From Lytechinus pictus (Eukaryota), in NCBI RefSeq assembly GCF_037042905.1, contig NC_087245.1, forward strand, positions 29,142,001 to 29,202,000: a stretch of DNA of 60,000 nucleotides, given 5' to 3'. The position numbers and the translations under genes were made by a program. Of this stretch, positions 36,086-49,290 are shown in pieces (the stretch's first letter is position 1; each line of letters starts with the position of its first letter). The notes below the pieces were generated by a model. It searched no databases, was not told the origin of the DNA, and saw only the letters and a program-made list of their open reading frames with translations.

Positions 36086-38778
36086 AAGGACTCACTCATA
36101 CAGCAACATTTGATCAGTCTCAGCATGTTCATCTTTCCCCTCTTTGATGGCGTCGTCATGCATCCATGATCCAAATAACATAAATTCAGCAACATCTCAA
36201 AATTTCATCCAATAAAGAAATATATCTCCAAAGCTCCACAAAATGGGTCTTCCAATGTTCCGCTGATGGTCACAAAATTATAAAGTTCAAATTGATAAAT
36301 TAAGAGCAGAACAACCGTCCAGAGACCCATCAACAAACCTCCGGTGAGCTGAGGCTGAGGTTCGGATAGCCTCGGCGAAGCTCTGCCGTGAAATTAGTGT
36401 CTAGTCCGCGCACAAAAATTTTCTGTCCGATTCCCAAGTGATTTCGTCGATTCCCAAGTGATTCTGTATCTCAAGTTCTTCTTGTTGATATTCCAATGGA
36501 TAAAGATCCGCTAACTGCCAAAGATATCTTCTAAAATATAAATTATATCCCGTTAGAGTTAATCTAGTGTCGGTATTAGACCTGCTATGCCTGTCCTCTG
36601 GGAGAAACGATTCTGGTTGGTCACGTGAGTTAAAATAATTATGACGCATTAATTTTGGAGAGATGGATGTACAATACGCAGTTGGCGCCAATTTACATAA
36701 CAATTGCTGCACCTGTGCAGAGAGCGAAGAATGTCTCGCAAAGAAAGTTACTACAGACTCTTCGTTCTTCGGGTTCTTAGTCTACAAAGTCAGTCTATTT
36801 ACTAGTATCCACCAGGACTTGGCTGCATTTCTTATTGATTTTACGGCATAGGTGTGGAATTACGGCTGCAGTAGGGTCGATGATTGATGAATTGATAGAA
36901 CACAGGCTTGCACGGAATCTAGTCTTTGTTTTGGAAATGTGCGTCGTACTTTTCATTCCGTCTTCATTTCCAAATTTCGAAACGATCTCGGGGTAACTTG
37001 CGAATTCCGAAATCCGTCAAAACTGTGGAATGGATAAAAAAAAAACATTAAAAATTGTCGTGAAACCTATGCAATATCTGTATAATGATGCGTAAATGCA
37101 ATTATTTGATTTTGGAGACATTTAATTTATGCAGAATGTTTTTCAAGGGGGACAAGTTGGGTTGATGAAATACAGAGAAAAAAATAGAAAAGAGATAAAA
37201 GAGAAAAAGTAAGGAACATGCAGGGATGGATGAAACATAACAGAAAGGAAAATGAAGAAAATAAGCGAAGGAGAGGAGCACTCGACAAACAATAAAACAT
37301 TCAGGTTACTATACGGTATAAAATAAAAATTTTAAAAATCCTTACGTCCCCTCCCATTTTCTTCGAATTTGCTTCTTCTGTTTAAGGAGATACAATGTCA
37401 TGTCCTAATTTTTAGAATTACATGTCCAAATTGACAAAAAAGAAAGAGCTCGTGCTTCGCGCTCACATTATTCTGTGATGTGAGATACAGGGGCAGCTTA
37501 CACGTCTTAACAAAAAAATGACAACTCTCATTCAAATCATAGGACTATAGATTGGTCCTTTTTGTTGGCTCCATCTACATGGACACGCAGAAGAAAATTG
37601 TAATTTTCTGCCTGTAGTCATGGTAGTTTCCCCTTGAAGAGGTGGGGGAAAGTGGGGTTTATGGAATTATCGTTTAATTACAATTATTTCTAAATTGATT
37701 TTAAAATCAGTATTTAGTGATACAGGATACATGGCTGCGTGAAGTGATATAATAGTCCTGACAGTCCGCACGTGCCGCACACCATGACAATTATTCCTCA
37801 CTGGGTAGGGAAATTTACCTCTTTTTAATGAACGCATGCATGCCTGCATGCAGGAAATGTACAAAATTCTTTGCTAGAACGCAGAAGTGAAATACCTCGC
37901 TTGTTGTTTCATAAATTTACTGGCAGCTAATTACATTTAGGAATTTGGGCTCGATGTGTGTGTGAGAGAGAAAGAGAGAGAGGGGGGGAGGCCGTTGTGG
38001 CAACAAGGAGAGGGGGTGGGGGTATCCCCCTCCGAAATTTTGATAAATTAAGGAAAGAGGTTGAAGAGTAAGCCATCCGCCCTTGCCCCAAACATTTTCT
38101 TTTGTCATTCAATGCCCCCCCCCCACTTCAAAAGAGAAAATGTATCATATCTTTCGCACGTTTTATTGGTGTCGGGGCAATGGGCCAAAATTGTCACGAC
38201 CCCTCCCCCCCCCCCAAAAAAAAAAAGGAGAGAGAAATGGGTGAAATCATAAAGTCATATTCATTAAGTCAAAATCCATTAGAAAATAATATTTTTTTGC
38301 ATGAAAACTGTCAGAAAATGTTGCTCGCTCACTTCACTTGAGCGCAGCTTTTTAGAAAAGGTTCCCATACTCCATGTCTGGCCCCCTCAATTATTTGGCG
38401 CATTACGCCACATTAGCAGAAAAAAGTATACACAATGCATTACAAACTACTGGATTTCCACGAACACGTGTAAAATTATATAGTGTAAACTTGTTCTCTC
38501 AACTTTCAGACCTTAGATAATTTAAAAACACAATAAAGCTTTTGCTTTCTGCATTTTGTCAAGCCTCAAGCACATAATTATATAATAGTTTTGTAAGATG
38601 GTGGAAAGCTAATACATGTTTCCATTATTCATTAAACACACAATCGTATTTCCACATTGTAATATTTTGGGAGAATGTCCTCTATTTTGCACCAGATTAC
38701 CTCATATTCAGAAAAAAATGATAAAATTGTTATCAACTTGTAAGAAATGTAATATTCTTTCATAGAGTATTTACTTAC

Positions 38779-38886
38779 TAAGATCGTCCACCGCTCTTAG
38801 TATATGGGCTATCGACAGTCGTCGTGCCTTCGTTCTGGGCTGTTCTTCTGTCGCTTCAGCTGTTTCGAGGCCAGCTTCTCCTCCGT
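38779..38886 (-). other. 108-nt exon-like segment with an open frame
   Basis: tttttaag| acceptor and |GTAAGT donor; reads GGEAGLETAEATEEQPRTKARRLSIAHILRAVDDL, but neighbouring exons have stops in this frame. Confidence 0.5.
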
Positions 38887-40491
38887 CTTAAAAATAAAGA
38901 AAATACAAATACAATTATTTCGAAATAAATCTTTTGGGGCAAACCTCTTAATTCTTGTATCTCATTAGAAATGATTTTATAAACCTTCTTCCAAAGATGT
39001 GTTTCAGTTTATCGGAGGGTACTCGCTGAATTCTTGTCTATTTCTGGCGGTCTTCTGGTTATAGTTGGATGTATAATGATTGTACTCTAAATTAAATGTT
39101 TAAGAAATAAACTTCACTATCTATCAATGCAAAGTTAAATCAACCAATGTATTTTGCATTCAATCTTTGAGAATAAGGCTTCGTTATCTATCTTCATAAA
39201 TCAATGGAAATGTAAAATGCATTTGACCATTGTTGACCTTAGCCTTATAGGCTCCTTACACATCATTCGAACTGCATGAAGTGACAGAAAAGGATTAACA
39301 TTTCACTTTATGCTCAATAATATTTTATAAAAATACATGATTCGAATAATACTAGTAAACTTACCTTTTATCTTGCATTTCTGATGACATTAATTGTCTG
39401 AATATGTAGGATGAATCTGATAAACGTGGAAATAGAACCCTCATCCAAACATTCTAGAACAATGTATCTTTTCATTGATCTGGTAATGGCTAGCGCGGAT
39501 GAATACATCTTCGCATTCAGACCATGCGATCTTGAGTCGGCGCGGAGCCAGAACAAAAGGTGTTAATTCCGACGTAGCAACAGTTAAGCACGGTATGACA
39601 TCCCTTTACACATCATCACGAAACGTTAATCCAACAACCGGTGGTTACCAGGGGCGGGTAAAGGATTTCATAAATGGGGGAGGGCAGGAGAAATAGCTAA
39701 TATTTACTCCCGGAAAGAGTTATCACACACAAAAGTAGTATAATTTCATTCGTATTTTGAGGGGCGGACTCCCCCCCCCCCCGATCCGATTGGAAGAGAA
39801 CTCGCAAGAATGGGTATTTCATCAGTATCATATTACATTTTATTTCAATATCTATTTAAAAAAATCGGAAATTAGGCCTTTTACTACAATATACTATTTT
39901 ACAAAGATGGCTGATGAACATTTCATTAAGTCTATCGAAAGTTTCATAATACACTTTTTCGTAAAGCATTTGATAACCCCCCCCCCCCCCCCGAGGTTAT
40001 TCCCTTCCAGCTCCCTACCCATGTGGCGTCGTTCATGCACTTTTTATCAATCGGATGAATAAATTCGAATACTGAGTAAAACGGTCAATTAAATAGGCGC
40101 CGCCGCCAAACATGCCAACGGGTTTGTTTGACGTCGAAATATTCCAGTCACCTGCATTTTCACTGGACATTATCAAGGGTAGAATTTTGTTTCATGAAAC
40201 AAAATAATAGTCAATGGTTTCCACTGACAAATTGAGTCTGAGCCAATGGGATGCAAGGATTTCGGTAGCTTATAACGATAGTCCGTGAAAATCACGTATT
40301 TATCTGTTTCGTGAAAGGCTTCACTAATCAGTGGAGGTCCATGGTGAAACATACATGACTGTGAGCATTGTTCCACCAAATACTTTCTGACCCGTCACGG
40401 TGCCTCGTAACAGGTGCGTTGAGTTCTTACGTTGAGAGAAGTTGTTGTTTTTGTTTGTTTGGGTTTTTTGCTCTCGGCTTGCACGAACGAA

Positions 40492-43189
40492 TTAGTCCAG
40501 GATAGAAGAGGCCTAACCTTGTTTTTTCATATATACAATATTTTTGATGGTTTCTTGTCAATTCGAGGGTGCTGATTACGAATCTGAATGATGCCACTCG
40601 TGTAGTCTTGAGCATTTTCCGCAAATTGGCAAAATCCAATATGGCCGCCAAAATATGCATATTACCCATGAAAATCATAAAATTGCCAGCAAATTGGCTA
40701 CAAAATGTATGAAATTGTGTTGCAGGAGTGAAAAACTCTCTGAATAAAACATTTTTTGACAAAATATTTATTTCTTGATATTCAAAATGGCCGCCACAGA
40801 CCTCTGTATACCCTATTATGTACAACATGAATAGGGAAAATTAATTTTTCACAAAAATGATCACTAAACTGCAAGTAATTGTGATCTATGGACGAATCAA
40901 TATATGAAAAACATCAATGCTAACATGATATATCATTTATTATGTCATGTATGGAAAAATTGTTGTATTTGATATTCAAAATAGCTGCCACTGGCCCAAA
41001 TAGTATTTTTTTAATGGCAAAGGGGCCAACAAAAATCGCAAGAGTGAGCACTAAAATGCATATTATTAAGAGAAACAAGTGGAATACTGACTAAAATACA
41101 ATTGCTAACGAAATATATTATTTAATATGCCATGTATATGATAAATGTTGTATTTTGATATTTACAATGGCCACCAAAGGCCCTAACAGTATTATGTACA
41201 ATAAAAAGAGGACCAAAAGAAATCACAAGAGTGAGCACTGAAATGCATTTATTTGTGATGAATAAATGGGATACTGTCTAACAAACATAATAACGAAATA
41301 TATCATTCAGGTTTAAAGTTTGTGTTTAATACTGTATTTTGACTTTCAAAATGGCCGCCATAGACATTGATTGTATCATGTACAATGCAAACTAGGAAAT
41401 ACATTTTCATAAGAGTGAGCACCATAAATGCACGTAATTGTGATCTATGAGTACAATATTGTCTGAAAGCCTAATTTCTAACAAGATATATCACTTCTTC
41501 TGCCAGGTAGGTGATAAATACTGTATTTTGAAAGTCAAAATGGCCACTACAGGCCCCAACAGTATTATGTACAATGTGAATGGGGACAAATGATTTTAAC
41601 AGATTTTGGCTTTGCTTGACTAAATGGTGTTGTATGAGTGAAATATTGTCTGAAAACATGATTACTAACGAAATATATCATATCATCTAAAATTTAGGTG
41701 ATAAATGTTATATTTCAAAATTTAAAATGGCCGCCATATGCCCTTTTGTGAAAATTATCTGTCCTCATTCAAATTGTACATAATACAATAAGGGCCCATG
41801 GTGGCCATTTTCCCTTTCATAATGCAGCATTTATAAGATATGATATACTTCGTTATGAACCATGGTTTTAGACAACATTTCTCTCTTACATCAAAATTAT
41901 ATGCAATACTTATAGTCAAGCAAAGCCAAATTCTGTCAAAATTATATGTCCCAAATTACAATGTACATAATACTTTTAGGACCTATGGCAGCCATTTTGA
42001 ATTTCAAAGTACAGCATTTATTACCTCCATGACCAATATGTGATGTATTTATTTAGCAATCATGTTTAAGACAAAGTTTTACTCATACATCACTGTTACA
42101 TGCATTTTATGATTCTCACTCTTGTAAAAAGTAGATTCCCTATACGCATGTAACATAATTTAGTTAGGGCTTGTATCAGCTATTTTGAATGTCAAAATAC
42201 AGTATTTATCACTTACATGGCAGAATTAATGTTATATTTCATAAAAATCACGTTTCAAATAATGTTTTATCATACAACAGGATTTTATGGATTTCATAGT
42301 CAAGTAGATCCAAGTTCTAACAAAGTTACATGTCCCCATTTACATTGTAGATTATACTGTAAGGCCTATAAGGGCCATTTTGAATTTCACAATACAGCAT
42401 TTATCTCATGCATGACAAAAGAAATGATATGTTTTGCTAGAAAACATGTTTTCAGACATTATTTTACTCGGTGATCACAATCACATGCATTTTATAGTTT
42501 TTATTCTTGTGAAAATTAATTTCTCCAATCGCATTGTAAATAATAAATGTAAATGGGCCTATGGCGGCCATTTTGAATGTCAAAATACAGCATTTATCAC
42601 ATAAATTGCATTTATATTTCGTTAAAAATTATGTTTTTACCCAGTATTCCACTCGCTTATCTTAATACTAGTAATATACATTTTTAGTACTCACTCTTGT
42701 GATTTTCTTTTGTCCCCATTAACATTGTACATAATACTGTCAGGGCATTTGGTGGCTTTTTGAATATTAAAATGCATCATTTATACGTACATGACATAAC
42801 AAATGATACATTTCGTTAGCAATCATATTTTCATCCATTATTTCACTAAAAATCACAATTACTTGCATTTAGCGCTCACTTTTGTGAAATTTAGTTTTCC
42901 CCATTCATATTGTACATGATATAGAATACAGGGGTCTATGGCGGCCATTTTGAATACCTAGAAAATAATTTTTTGTCAAAAATCAATTTTATGATTTTTA
43001 TGGGTAATTTGCATATTTTGGCGGCCATATTGGATTTTGCCAATTTGCGGAAAATGCTCAATGTTACACGAGTGGCATCATTCAGATTCGTAATCAGCAC
43101 CCTCGAATTGACAAGAAACCATCAAAGAATATTGTATATATGAAAAAACAAGGTTTGGTCAATTTTCTATGGGGCCTATCCTGGAGTAA
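40492..43189. mobile_element. 2.7-kb foldback DNA element with long, internally repetitive arms
   Basis: Ends ttagtccaggatag and ctatcctggagtaa; near-identical inverted blocks at 40515-40690 and 42990-43155; ~190-bp subrepeats containing aaaatggccgcc flip orientation near 41740. Confidence 0.88.
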
Positions 43190-43339
43190 ATTAAAATTTT
43201 GATTAAGAATCCTTGTTTAATAAGTGGTCTAATGAGTGGCTAGTTGAGATGAATTGATAGATAAATTAATTGAGTATTAGTTTTGGGCAGTAACAAAGGC
43301 ACCATATCTCGAGGAATCAGATTCGTAAATGCATTTGTG

Positions 43340-43500
43340 TGTGTGTATTTGAGTTTATCAATCAGATATGATTATTTACGTCTGGGACCGACCTTTAACG
43401 TCACCATCCGAAAGACGTGACCAGGGCTCGAACCTCGAACCTCTGCATCAATTTGTAACTCCCCACAGCTTGGATTACAGGCGCACGCCACAACGCCCAG
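43340..43500 (-). mobile_element. SINE fragment
   Basis: Reverse complement has a tRNA-like head with GGTTCGAG. Confidence 0.5.
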
Positions 43501-44065
43501 TAAATTCATTTGATATGAATGTTGTCTTTTTTATGCTGATGATACGTCACTTCTTCATGATCAATGTTTGTACCTAATGTTTGTACTTAATGTATTAATG
43601 TTTGTACTTATATTGATATTCTAATTAAAATCTTGTCCAAAATTCCTGATTTCCAGTTAAGATTTTAGGAATGATTTCAAACAATCTAATTTAGAATGAT
43701 CAAATAATTTCGCGGTATCTGTTTAAATATCACGTTTTATTGGAATCTTGAATCGTTTGAAATATTAATTGCCAAGTTACATATTACTTACTCCTTATAA
43801 TGCTCATATTTATCCCATCTTTCCTATTGTAATGCAATTTGGGACTACACATACTCTAGCAGTTCACGCAAATTAATCATTCTAGCAAAATACCCAATCG
43901 TATATGTAAAAACAGACCATAATGCCTCGGCTCCTCCCTGCAACTATACCACACAAATAGTCTGTCGCCCTACCTTGTTCTCATTTCAAAGATAATTTAA
44001 CAAATTCCACAGATGGACCTTCTCAAATGATAGATCTAAACATTCGATATGACATACCGACATAC

Positions 44066-44356
44066 CGGCCCCAGTGGTATAGTCTTCGGACTTTGAAACA
44101 GAGGGTCGTGGGTTCGAATCCCAGCCATGGCTTAATTTCCTTCGGCAAGAAATTTATCCACATTGTGCTGCACTCGACCCAGGTGAGGTGAATGGGTACC
44201 CGGTAGGATTTATTCCTTGAATGCTTCAGCGCCTATATGGCCGCTCAGCTACAGCCGGGGTAATAATAATATACCAAGTATATGTCAGCGCCTTGAGCAC
44301 ATAATCAATGTGGATTTGGCGCGTTAGAAACACTCTATATTATTATTATTATTGTT
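44066..44356 (+). mobile_element. Near full-length tRNA-derived SINE
   Basis: A-box-like cagtggt, B box GGTTCGAATCC, conserved core, (TAT)n tail. Confidence 0.85.
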
Positions 44357-45962
44357 ATATAGTTTAGACATGTGCACATTTAACATATAATTTAATAATA
44401 CTTCTAAAAGACAATATAAAGATAAATTACTGAACATTCATTGAATTTTTATTAGCATGGTTTTGTCTCTTTGTTTGTTTTTTCTGTTCTACTTTGAAGT
44501 TTGTTTCATGTTATTAGTTTTATTTCGTTTTTTTTTTTTTTTTTTTTTGGGAGGGGGGGTTCTATGACTTTTATTTTTACTTATTATTTGATAATTGTTG
44601 CATCCATACCATATACTGCATATTATTTTCATTCCCCATTTTCATCGATTTATTTCAACTTTATTGTCATGACTATGCACCAATCCTTATTTTATCATTT
44701 TTATCATTACCTCTGATGATATTGCCGATTTTCTGTTGATATCTTTGATTTAAAAAAAAAATTGTCTGTATATAATTGTTTTTCATTGTGTTCTCTTTAA
44801 TGTATTCGGAATGAAATACTTGAATTGAAATTGAAATCATCAAGTAGTATTTCCACATAGATTATAGGATCTATAACCTGATTAGAAAGGATCTACCAAA
44901 TTATTATTAGCAGAAATTTGAATCAGTAACAGTGCAGGGGGTGCATTTTTAAGCACTATAAACACGATTTCATAATTTCAACGGACTGAAAGGTGACTAT
45001 TCTCGGTGCCGTACCTATTGCTCTTTGATCAGGAAAGTTCAACATTTTCATCACATTCAAATTACCATTTTCACCGTAATACAAAAAAAATCGCACTTTG
45101 TAAAAATCGAGCTACAACAACGTTTGTCACATATCAATTTTTTTCTTCGTTTAATATTTTTGTCATTGGTATGAGGTATGATCAAAGCGCCATAATTACG
45201 ACCAGGGCGGATCCAGGATTTATCAGGGGGGGGGGGCATTTTTGTTCAGAAAATTTTCAACGAGCCAATAAAAAAGCCTTCACTGGCCTATGCACGACAT
45301 TTTACACTAGTAAACAAAAATCATGGCTCTCAATGGGGGTGGGGGGTGGGGCATGTGCCGGATGTGCCCCACCTGGATCAGCCACTGATAATGAATTTCG
45401 GTATATGGCATGAATACGGAAAAAAATAATGGGACCGTCTCCTCACCCCCCCCCAAAAAAAAAATGATAGACCAGTTATAATAGACTCATTGTTGATTAC
45501 ATCAAACTGTTTATCACAAGATATTTATTGGGAGGTTATAACAGCCCCACTTTTTTCAAATGCAATTAGCGTGTTGATGTCAAAGTGTGCGAGGGGTAAG
45601 GGGTGTAGCGACCGAGCAATATTTTTTTTCTTTTATTCACCATTGAAATTTAACATTTTAATCGGCAACACAGCCTGACAACACATGAAAATGATCTGCA
45701 GTAGGCATAAAGAGGTACTAGTGTGTGAGGGAGTGCAGTGACCGAGCGAGATTATTTGTTCTATTCAGTAATGAAATTATCGAGCATTTCCAAACAATGA
45801 CTTGGGATAAGTGGTGCTATTAAATTCATCTTATCATTGGTAATCCTATTCATCGTATTTGCCAGATTCACTTAAGAATGCAGATTCAGTAAATTCTTTC
45901 AAATTATCCTTTAAAAAAATATTATGATACTATGTCAATTTTCACCTCACATTGGCTGTCAT

Positions 45963-46170
45963 CATGGGCGGAAATCCTAGGGGGGACACAATATCAAATG
46001 TCCCCCTTCTATGTTTGGTCTTTTATGATGGAAAGAAATACATCATTTAAAATCGAAATAAAACATTGTTTTTAGATGACCTTACATTTGGGGTGATAAA
46101 CTTTTTTTTTTTGCTTTTCAATTTTTCCAGCCCCTGGTCCGCCTACCTTCGGGAAAGATTTCCGCCCTTG
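45963..46170. mobile_element. hAT-type MITE
   Basis: TIRs catgggcggaaatc and gatttccgcccttg; 8-bp TSD GCTGTCAT. Confidence 0.85.
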
Positions 46171-46789
46171 GCTGTCATACACAATTATTACGAGCATACA
46201 TGAATGCATTTCTATTTTCATCTTTCCATACTTTTCATGTTATTACCGATATTCCTATACCCTTCAGTTCTTTCCGGATAGTATTTGTAATCCAATGTTT
46301 TTGTCTAAATTATCCCTAACTTACATTTTTTATTGTAATGTGCAATTCCCTTATTCCTCTTTAATATTGATGTTACGTTGCTTTTATTTGTTATGATCTT
46401 AACCATTTGATATTTTATAGTTTTAGACATACATTCATACTTTATTGTTATTGTTTCACCCGATTTTCTATGTATTTCCTATAATGCCATAATTATTTCG
46501 TTACTATCATTTCAGTGTTTTTTATCAGTGAATAAATTATACAATTAGTAGTTTTATAATAAGTAAATGTTCCGCTTTGATAACTTAATAATTTCAGTTT
46601 TATTTATGTTATCATTTAAGTAAAAATATTTGGGTTTTTTATGTTACTAAGCATTGTTATCTTTGACTCAGATTTTGACTTTATTTTTATGCATGATATG
46701 ATGATTTTTGTTGTTCTTTATGTTTTCATTAGGTCATTGATGAGAAACAGTTTTATGCTGATTTGTTGTATCTGAATAAATATGTTCTT

Positions 46790-46814
46790 ATAAATGAATA
46801 AATGAATGAACAAA

Positions 46815-46845
<31 letters not shown>

Positions 46846-46850
46846 ATTAA

Positions 46851-46889
<39 letters not shown>

Positions 46890-46894
46890 ATGAA

Positions 46895-46945
<51 letters not shown>

Positions 46946-47003
46946 ATGAATAAATAAATAAATAAATAAATAAACAAATAAATAAATAAATAAATGAATA
47001 AAT
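46790..47003. repeat. (TAAA)n microsatellite
   Basis: Seen directly. Confidence 0.97.
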
Positions 47004-47737
47004 ACATGCAGCAGTTTTCGCAGTTTTTAAAATCAAGAGGGGATTGGCATGTATTGATCATTCATGGTAGCAATTTGCAAAATAATTTATTTTCATTTTT
47101 GGAAAATCCATTTGTATTTCACATGGTATAGGGCATAGGAGGACGAATATTGGCATGCAGGATGAAATATTTAAGACACGCCCCCTATCTGCTCATGATC
47201 AGTTACACCAACGAAAGCGACCCCCATTAAACCCCAACTATCGTTGGTAATAAACGCCATCGGACACCTTACGATTGAGGTGCGACCTGATCAACAACGA
47301 ATATTGTCACATGGAACGTGATCTTATCGCGTAACGTTCTAAATCGTCGTACGAATACCTACATTCAAATTTGTGTTTATGCTATCATCATTATTCGAAT
47401 AAAAGAGATATGAATATAGCAATGACGCCATAGCAATCGTACGATTGTCTACGTATTGAAACTAATTTGGATAATAATGAAAAAATAGAGACTTATACAA
47501 TCATTCAAAATTGATGTCGTTATCACAGTTGATATTATATGAACCTCAGATAAAAAGGATACTTTTCATCCACATTTTCAGAAAGTAAGAAAATGCGATT
47601 TGTTTCATAATCGGATCGTTGACCAGTCGTAAAGTGTGCGAAGGCCTTTAGCTAAGGTTGATTAGGTAAAGTTTCAATCAGTCAACTTACAGATACACGG
47701 AGACAATAATATAGATAATATCAAAAATAATAATAAT

Positions 47738-47835
47738 TATAATCATCATCACCATAATCATCATCATCATCATCATCATCACCATCAACATCATCATCAT
47801 CATCATTACTATCATCATCATCATAATGATAATAA
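47738..47835. repeat. (ATC)n microsatellite
   Basis: Seen directly. Confidence 0.95.
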
Positions 47836-48648
47836 TAAATAAACAATGATAAAAAACAAGGGGCTGAACGGGGGATTGAGTGGTGTTCAATGCAAAGAGT
47901 GATTTAAAAGTTTCTATAATCCAGACTTTTCACTGAACAATATCTCCTAAAACCAACAATAATACGGACATAAGCGTACTTATTTCACGGTTCGTTGATA
48001 TAACGATATTTTTGTAAATATGATTTTAGTCATGAGGATCATACGTGCCAGAGATATTGCAGGATATACCTAACGTATAAACACGATATGCTCATGGTGT
48101 GATAAATATAATTTTAGCCATGTTCCACGATCATGTGGAATGATAACAGTACTTTGAAGAAGAAATATATATGTTATGGTGTAAATAAATATGATTGTAG
48201 TCATGTGCCACAGATATATGGAAGGATAACGGATATATAACGTAGATATGTTTATGGGATGAGAAATGATAGGTCACCAGTCTCCGCCATTTCTCAGACT
48301 CCAAGCTCCAGTGAAGACTCCGGGCAAAGATCAATGATAACGTAAGCAAAGGAACACAATAAGATATTCAATAGAGTATGTCAATCGGCCTATGACGATT
48401 AGGAGGCCCATTGTGAAAAACTTCCATGGGGACAATCCAGTGTTTTACACCGTGTTTGCAAACTGTTCACCGACCGTCGCAAAGTAGTGGAGAGAGAATA
48501 ATATAAGCAACCGGCATTTCGCTTCAAATCATAATTCGATATTTTTGACATAGAGGTATTATTTGCGATGGAGAACGGGTAAAGATCGACGAGATGTAGG
48601 ACAGTTTCAGAAGAAATAATTTTGTGGAGGATTTTGTTGGGGAGAGAT

Positions 48649-49290
48649 ATGGCGTTGCTCAATCCTTCCATGAGCCAACTCGTAGCCTACCACGAGCGAA
48701 ATTATGAGAGCGATAGCGGGTTTTCGGCTGACGATTACAGCTCTGTGGACCCGATTGCAGTGGCTTCAGAGATCACTTCTGTAGCATCAAGAGCTTCCAA
48801 GAACAAGAGTGTCCTCAAGTTGAACACCCGAGATGATGGAACAGTCATCACATTGGATGAAAATCCTGTGATCGCTGACAGTATCCACGACCATGGGATT
48901 GAGGATGATGCCGGCGACGGCGTTGAGTCGGACGTCGAGCGCCGGAATCCTCTCGTCGTTTCCTTCAAAGAGGACGATCATATCCATGATTCCAAATCTG
49001 GCAAAAATAAAGGACAGAAACAGTCGATCCATTTTGTGACGAAGCGGATCAAAGCATCTTGGTTGGATAACACATACCAAAAAGCCATTGCCAGAGCCAG
49101 AGCTCGACTTGCCAAGGGCAACTGGCCCGAGTATCCCGAGGAATGGAGGTTACCCCATGCTCCTCTGCCAGCCCGACCTGACTATACGAGAACTGGTCCT
49201 GTGGCTTCACTTACAGGGGGTTACCTGGAGGCAAAACGAAACAGGAAAGAAAGAAGAAAAAGAAGCGAAACATTCCCAAGAGCTAAATCT
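48649..49290 (+). CDS. Probable first coding exon of an unidentified protein (214 codons)
   Basis: gatATGG start; GC-richer open frame MALLNPSMSQ...FPRAKS; phase-0 GTAAGT donor at 49291; no domain recognised. Confidence 0.7.

Larger units (their letters stand above)
29300..36090. repeat. Tandem macro-repeat: four similar ~1.36-1.5-kb units plus a divergent fifth
   Basis: Marker gagcattccatacctgaaac with acceptor junctions at 30035, 31391, 32861 and 34360; divergent homology at 35371-36085. Confidence 0.92.
35371..37022 (-). ncRNA. Candidate exon E (decayed ORF remnants plus a divergent hairpin copy)
   Basis: Acceptor ttttttttttatccattccacag| and donor AAG|GTGAGA; the 3' part is homologous to exons A-D. 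Confidence 0.5.
18450..39600 (-). ncRNA. Candidate multi-exon, repeat-rich lncRNA (ends approximate)
   Basis: Alternating splice sites on the minus strand give exons ?-39365, 39086-38985 (weak donor), 38886-38779, 37022-35371, 34360-33769, 32861-32259, 31391-30792, 30035-29449, 28981-22886 and 22478-?. No long intact ORF outside satellite artefacts. Confidence 0.5.

Noticed and set aside
44066..44130. tRNA gene
   Set aside because: The tRNA-like head continues into a SINE body and tail.
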